A stretch of DNA of 63,857 nt, the filler included, from Trichomonas gallinae (taxonomy: Eukaryota): NCBI GenBank assembly GCA_008369845.1. It is 7 parts of 7 records of this genome, joined end to end, with 100 filler letters (N's around TTAATTAATTAA, not from the genome) between each part and the next. Parts side by side here need not be neighbours in the genome. Positions count along the whole stretch, not along the records: positions 61,126 to 63,857 come from MRSU01001638.1; 6 more parts are not named here. One strand, written 5' to 3'. Position 1 is the stretch's first letter; the number at the start of each line of letters is the position of its first letter. The position numbers and the translations under genes were made by a program. Below, piece after piece: positions 61,556 to 63,857 of this stretch. A model generated the notes under the pieces. That model searched no databases, had not been told where the DNA came from, and saw nothing but the letters and a program-made list of their open reading frames with translations.

Positions 61556-61921
61556 ATGTTAAGTGGAATTTCACGCAGCCTGATGGGTTATGGTGCTTTC
61601 AAATCAGACAGTGCATTCAAACAAAACGTAGCAGACACAATGTTTTCACTTTGCGACTATTTCCAGTCGAAATACGAAAGTAAAGGTGACGACTTCTTCG
61701 CAGAAGCGAACGAAGACAATCTCACATTGTCAATGAAGGGTAGCCAGTTCCTTCTGAGCAGACAATTGCCTGGCCATCAGATCTGGGTCAGCTCTCCAGT
61801 TTCCGGATCTCTGAAATTCGATTATGATAACGAGAGAAAGGACTGGTTCGATCACAAAATTACTGATCGTTCTCTTAAAGTTTGTTTGACAGAAGAAACG
61901 CAAAAGGCTTTCGGATGCTAA
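61556..61921 (+). CDS. FXN: frataxin (CyaY family) with hydrogenosomal presequence
   Basis: FLLSRQLPGHQIWVSSPVSGSLKFDY signature. 121 aa, N-terminus MLSGISRS, TCACT initiator at 61541. Confidence 0.95.
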   Translation: MLSGISRSLMGYGAFKSDSAFKQNVADTMFSLCDYFQSKYESKGDDFFAEANEDNLTLSMKGSQFLLSRQLPGHQIWVSSPVSGSLKFDYDNERKDWFDHKITDRSLKVCLTEETQKAFGC

Positions 61922-62161
61922 AATAGAATTTTCTTTAATCAATGCATTTTTACCAAAATATGTCCATTAATGAATTTATATATATATTGAAACCATTTAA
62001 TACATCAATCTGCGTGTATCATTTTATTTTGAAAATTTAGAGATTTATGCTTATTAAATTGTGGCATAGATAAATGTATATGACACAGCATGATTTTGGC
62101 AAGTATAGTCAATAAGGAAACAATTTTAAAAAAATATAATTAATAAACAAACAAAATACAT

Positions 62162-63403
62162 TTATCTAGTAGATTTAGCTAGTAGCTCTTCCTCTGCACG
62201 CCTCTCATCGATGTTGTGAAGCTTAATGTTAGCTGCACCGAAAAGGAATGGCGTGAGAATATTGATCTGAGAGAAAACAGTACTTGTGACGCTCTGCTTG
62301 AGAGTCTTTGACGAAAGGTCTTTAGTAAAGTTCACAGCACCTTCAACTGCATCATTAAGACCGAGGATTTCTGTTGTAAAGTTGCGTAATCCATTATGTA
62401 GCTCAAAATCGATAAAATCGAGAGATTCAGAGATATCTTCTTGGCCTAGTGGTGCTCCACGTGAGCGAATGATTGCCTGTCTCTGTCGTGCGTTCTCCTC
62501 TTCAAGCTCAAGCTTTGAAAGTTCGTTGATTCGCTTGTAAACATTATCAGTATCAATTCCAAGCCTCTTTTTCAGCACAGAAAGATCAAAAACGTATAAT
62601 GGGAATCCTAAATCATCGATTGGTTGCATGGATCTGCTTACTAATGACTCGGCTTGCGTCAAGTATTCGCCAGTAATAGTGACAGTTCTTGCTGGGTTAT
62701 GTTTGGAGTCAGTATCACGCGTTGGATAAGCAATGCGTAAGAGAGGACGCATTGATTGTTTCGCAGCGAAGATGTGATTAAAAGATTTATCCAAAAATGA
62801 ATCTCCACCAACGGCATTTGCAGCAATCTGAGCAATTGCGAACTCTTCATCTTCCGCGTGATTCATTGTTCGTCTCGTTGATGATAAATTAATAAGAGGC
62901 TCCGCTTGTGCATCTAAATCTGGAAGCGGAACTTGAAGTTGCATGTGATTTATAACGGGTGCAATGATATTATTAACTTTATCTTCTAATTTACGGTGTT
63001 TTATTTTGGGTTTATGCGAAATATAAATTGGACGAATATTTTCTGAAGCTTGTCGTGCCAATACGTCAATCGCAGGTGATATTTTGATATTTCCGAGTAC
63101 TCTGAATGCAGAATGTGATGCTATTTGCTCGAAAGTTTCGGGTATATCATTATTTCGAACAAAATTTCGGAATGGATCAAAAGCATGCGATGAAATACTC
63201 TTTAATACTCTCACAGATACGTTAAACTGTGTTCTCTCCATGACTTTTAAAGAAGACGGTCCTGCAAATTCATCTAATTTCTTAAAAATCGATTCTGTTA
63301 AGTTTTCCCTGCCTTTTTCTACCTCCTTATTTTTGAGGTACATCTTCATTGTAAACCAATGATAGCGCGCAAGTGATTTCTGCTTTCGCGCTTTTCTTTC
63401 CAT
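62162..63403 (-). CDS. hypothetical protein
   Basis: 413-aa uninterrupted ORF with coding-like GC content; no family recognised. Confidence 0.8.
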   Translation of the reverse strand: MERKARKQKSLARYHWFTMKMYLKNKEVEKGRENLTESIFKKLDEFAGPSSLKVMERTQFNVSVRVLKSISSHAFDPFRNFVRNNDIPETFEQIASHSAFRVLGNIKISPAIDVLARQASENIRPIYISHKPKIKHRKLEDKVNNIIAPVINHMQLQVPLPDLDAQAEPLINLSSTRRTMNHAEDEEFAIAQIAANAVGGDSFLDKSFNHIFAAKQSMRPLLRIAYPTRDTDSKHNPARTVTITGEYLTQAESLVSRSMQPIDDLGFPLYVFDLSVLKKRLGIDTDNVYKRINELSKLELEEENARQRQAIIRSRGAPLGQEDISESLDFIDFELHNGLRNFTTEILGLNDAVEGAVNFTKDLSSKTLKQSVTSTVFSQINILTPFLFGAANIKLHNIDERRAEEELLAKSTR

Positions 63404-63857
63404 TATTTCTTCTTTCCGTTATATTACCCCCTATTTATTTTTGATGGACCCTCTTATATGTAATTTTGACATGTAAAATCATTATTTGTCGGATTCTGAC
63501 TCGTAAATAGTATTGCTTATTCGGTCACGTTCATGGTTATCTCAACCATTACTTGACAAAATTGATAATCATCGAATCACAATAAAAGTGTACATCAAAA
63601 TTCTTATCGTGATAAATATAATTTTTCATTTTACAAAAACTCTTGACAATATAATTCGAAGTTAAATCTGTTCCTCGTTTATTATGATTAAACTGGGATT
63701 TTATTAGTAAATTAAAAACGTAATAAAACCTCTGATATAAATTATTACAATACCGTCTTTTTTATAAAAAAATTGAATACGCTTCTGAAAAGTGACACAT
63801 TTTGACCTAAACTTGGACACCAAATTTTGTCAAAAAAAATCACGGCCTCCGGCGATG

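Noticed and set aside
63832..63857. Possible 3' end of a minus-strand Pol III gene (GC-rich 17 nt then T8)
   Set aside because: Cut by the window edge and too short to identify.

Overview
AT-rich, gene-dense eukaryotic DNA with intronless ORFs from a trichomonad (Trichomonas vaginalis or a close relative). The assignment rests on TCAY(T/A)-type initiator elements just upstream of ATGs, TAA(A) stop/poly(A) signals, a frataxin with a short hydrogenosomal presequence and typical expanded families. Seven contigs are joined by six artificial 100-nt N44-TTAATTAATTAA-N44 spacers, so adjacency across the gaps is unproven. Recognisable genes: SF3B1, WD40 and BTB proteins, a membrane-anchored papain-like protease, an inositol 5-phosphatase, a 3924-aa degenerate axonemal dynein heavy chain, TFIIH p44/Ssl1, an EXO1-like nuclease, the 3' end of RPS4, an RRM protein, a TKL kinase, eIF2-gamma, several surface proteins, tRNA-Trp(CCA), a C2/XYPPX protein, a truncated XMAP215-like TOG protein, a bacterial-type CgtA glycosyltransferase, a ricin-lectin fragment, a ubiquitin-like protein, a PPP phosphatase and frataxin, plus ankyrin pseudogenes. 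No CRISPR array, rRNA or intact transposon was seen. Best leads: (1) a recurring TTTGACATGTAA promoter motif that forms a 30-bp palindromic tandem array upstream of frataxin; (2) a probably ATPase-dead dynein; (3) a structured GC-rich candidate ncRNA near 36.3 kb; (4) an ORF pair joinable by a -1 shift at a T7 run; (5) paralogous genes whose conserved N-termini have no in-frame ATG; (6) a domain-shuffled surface-protein array with a shared tail and upstream element. All family calls come from motif recognition from memory; no searches were run.
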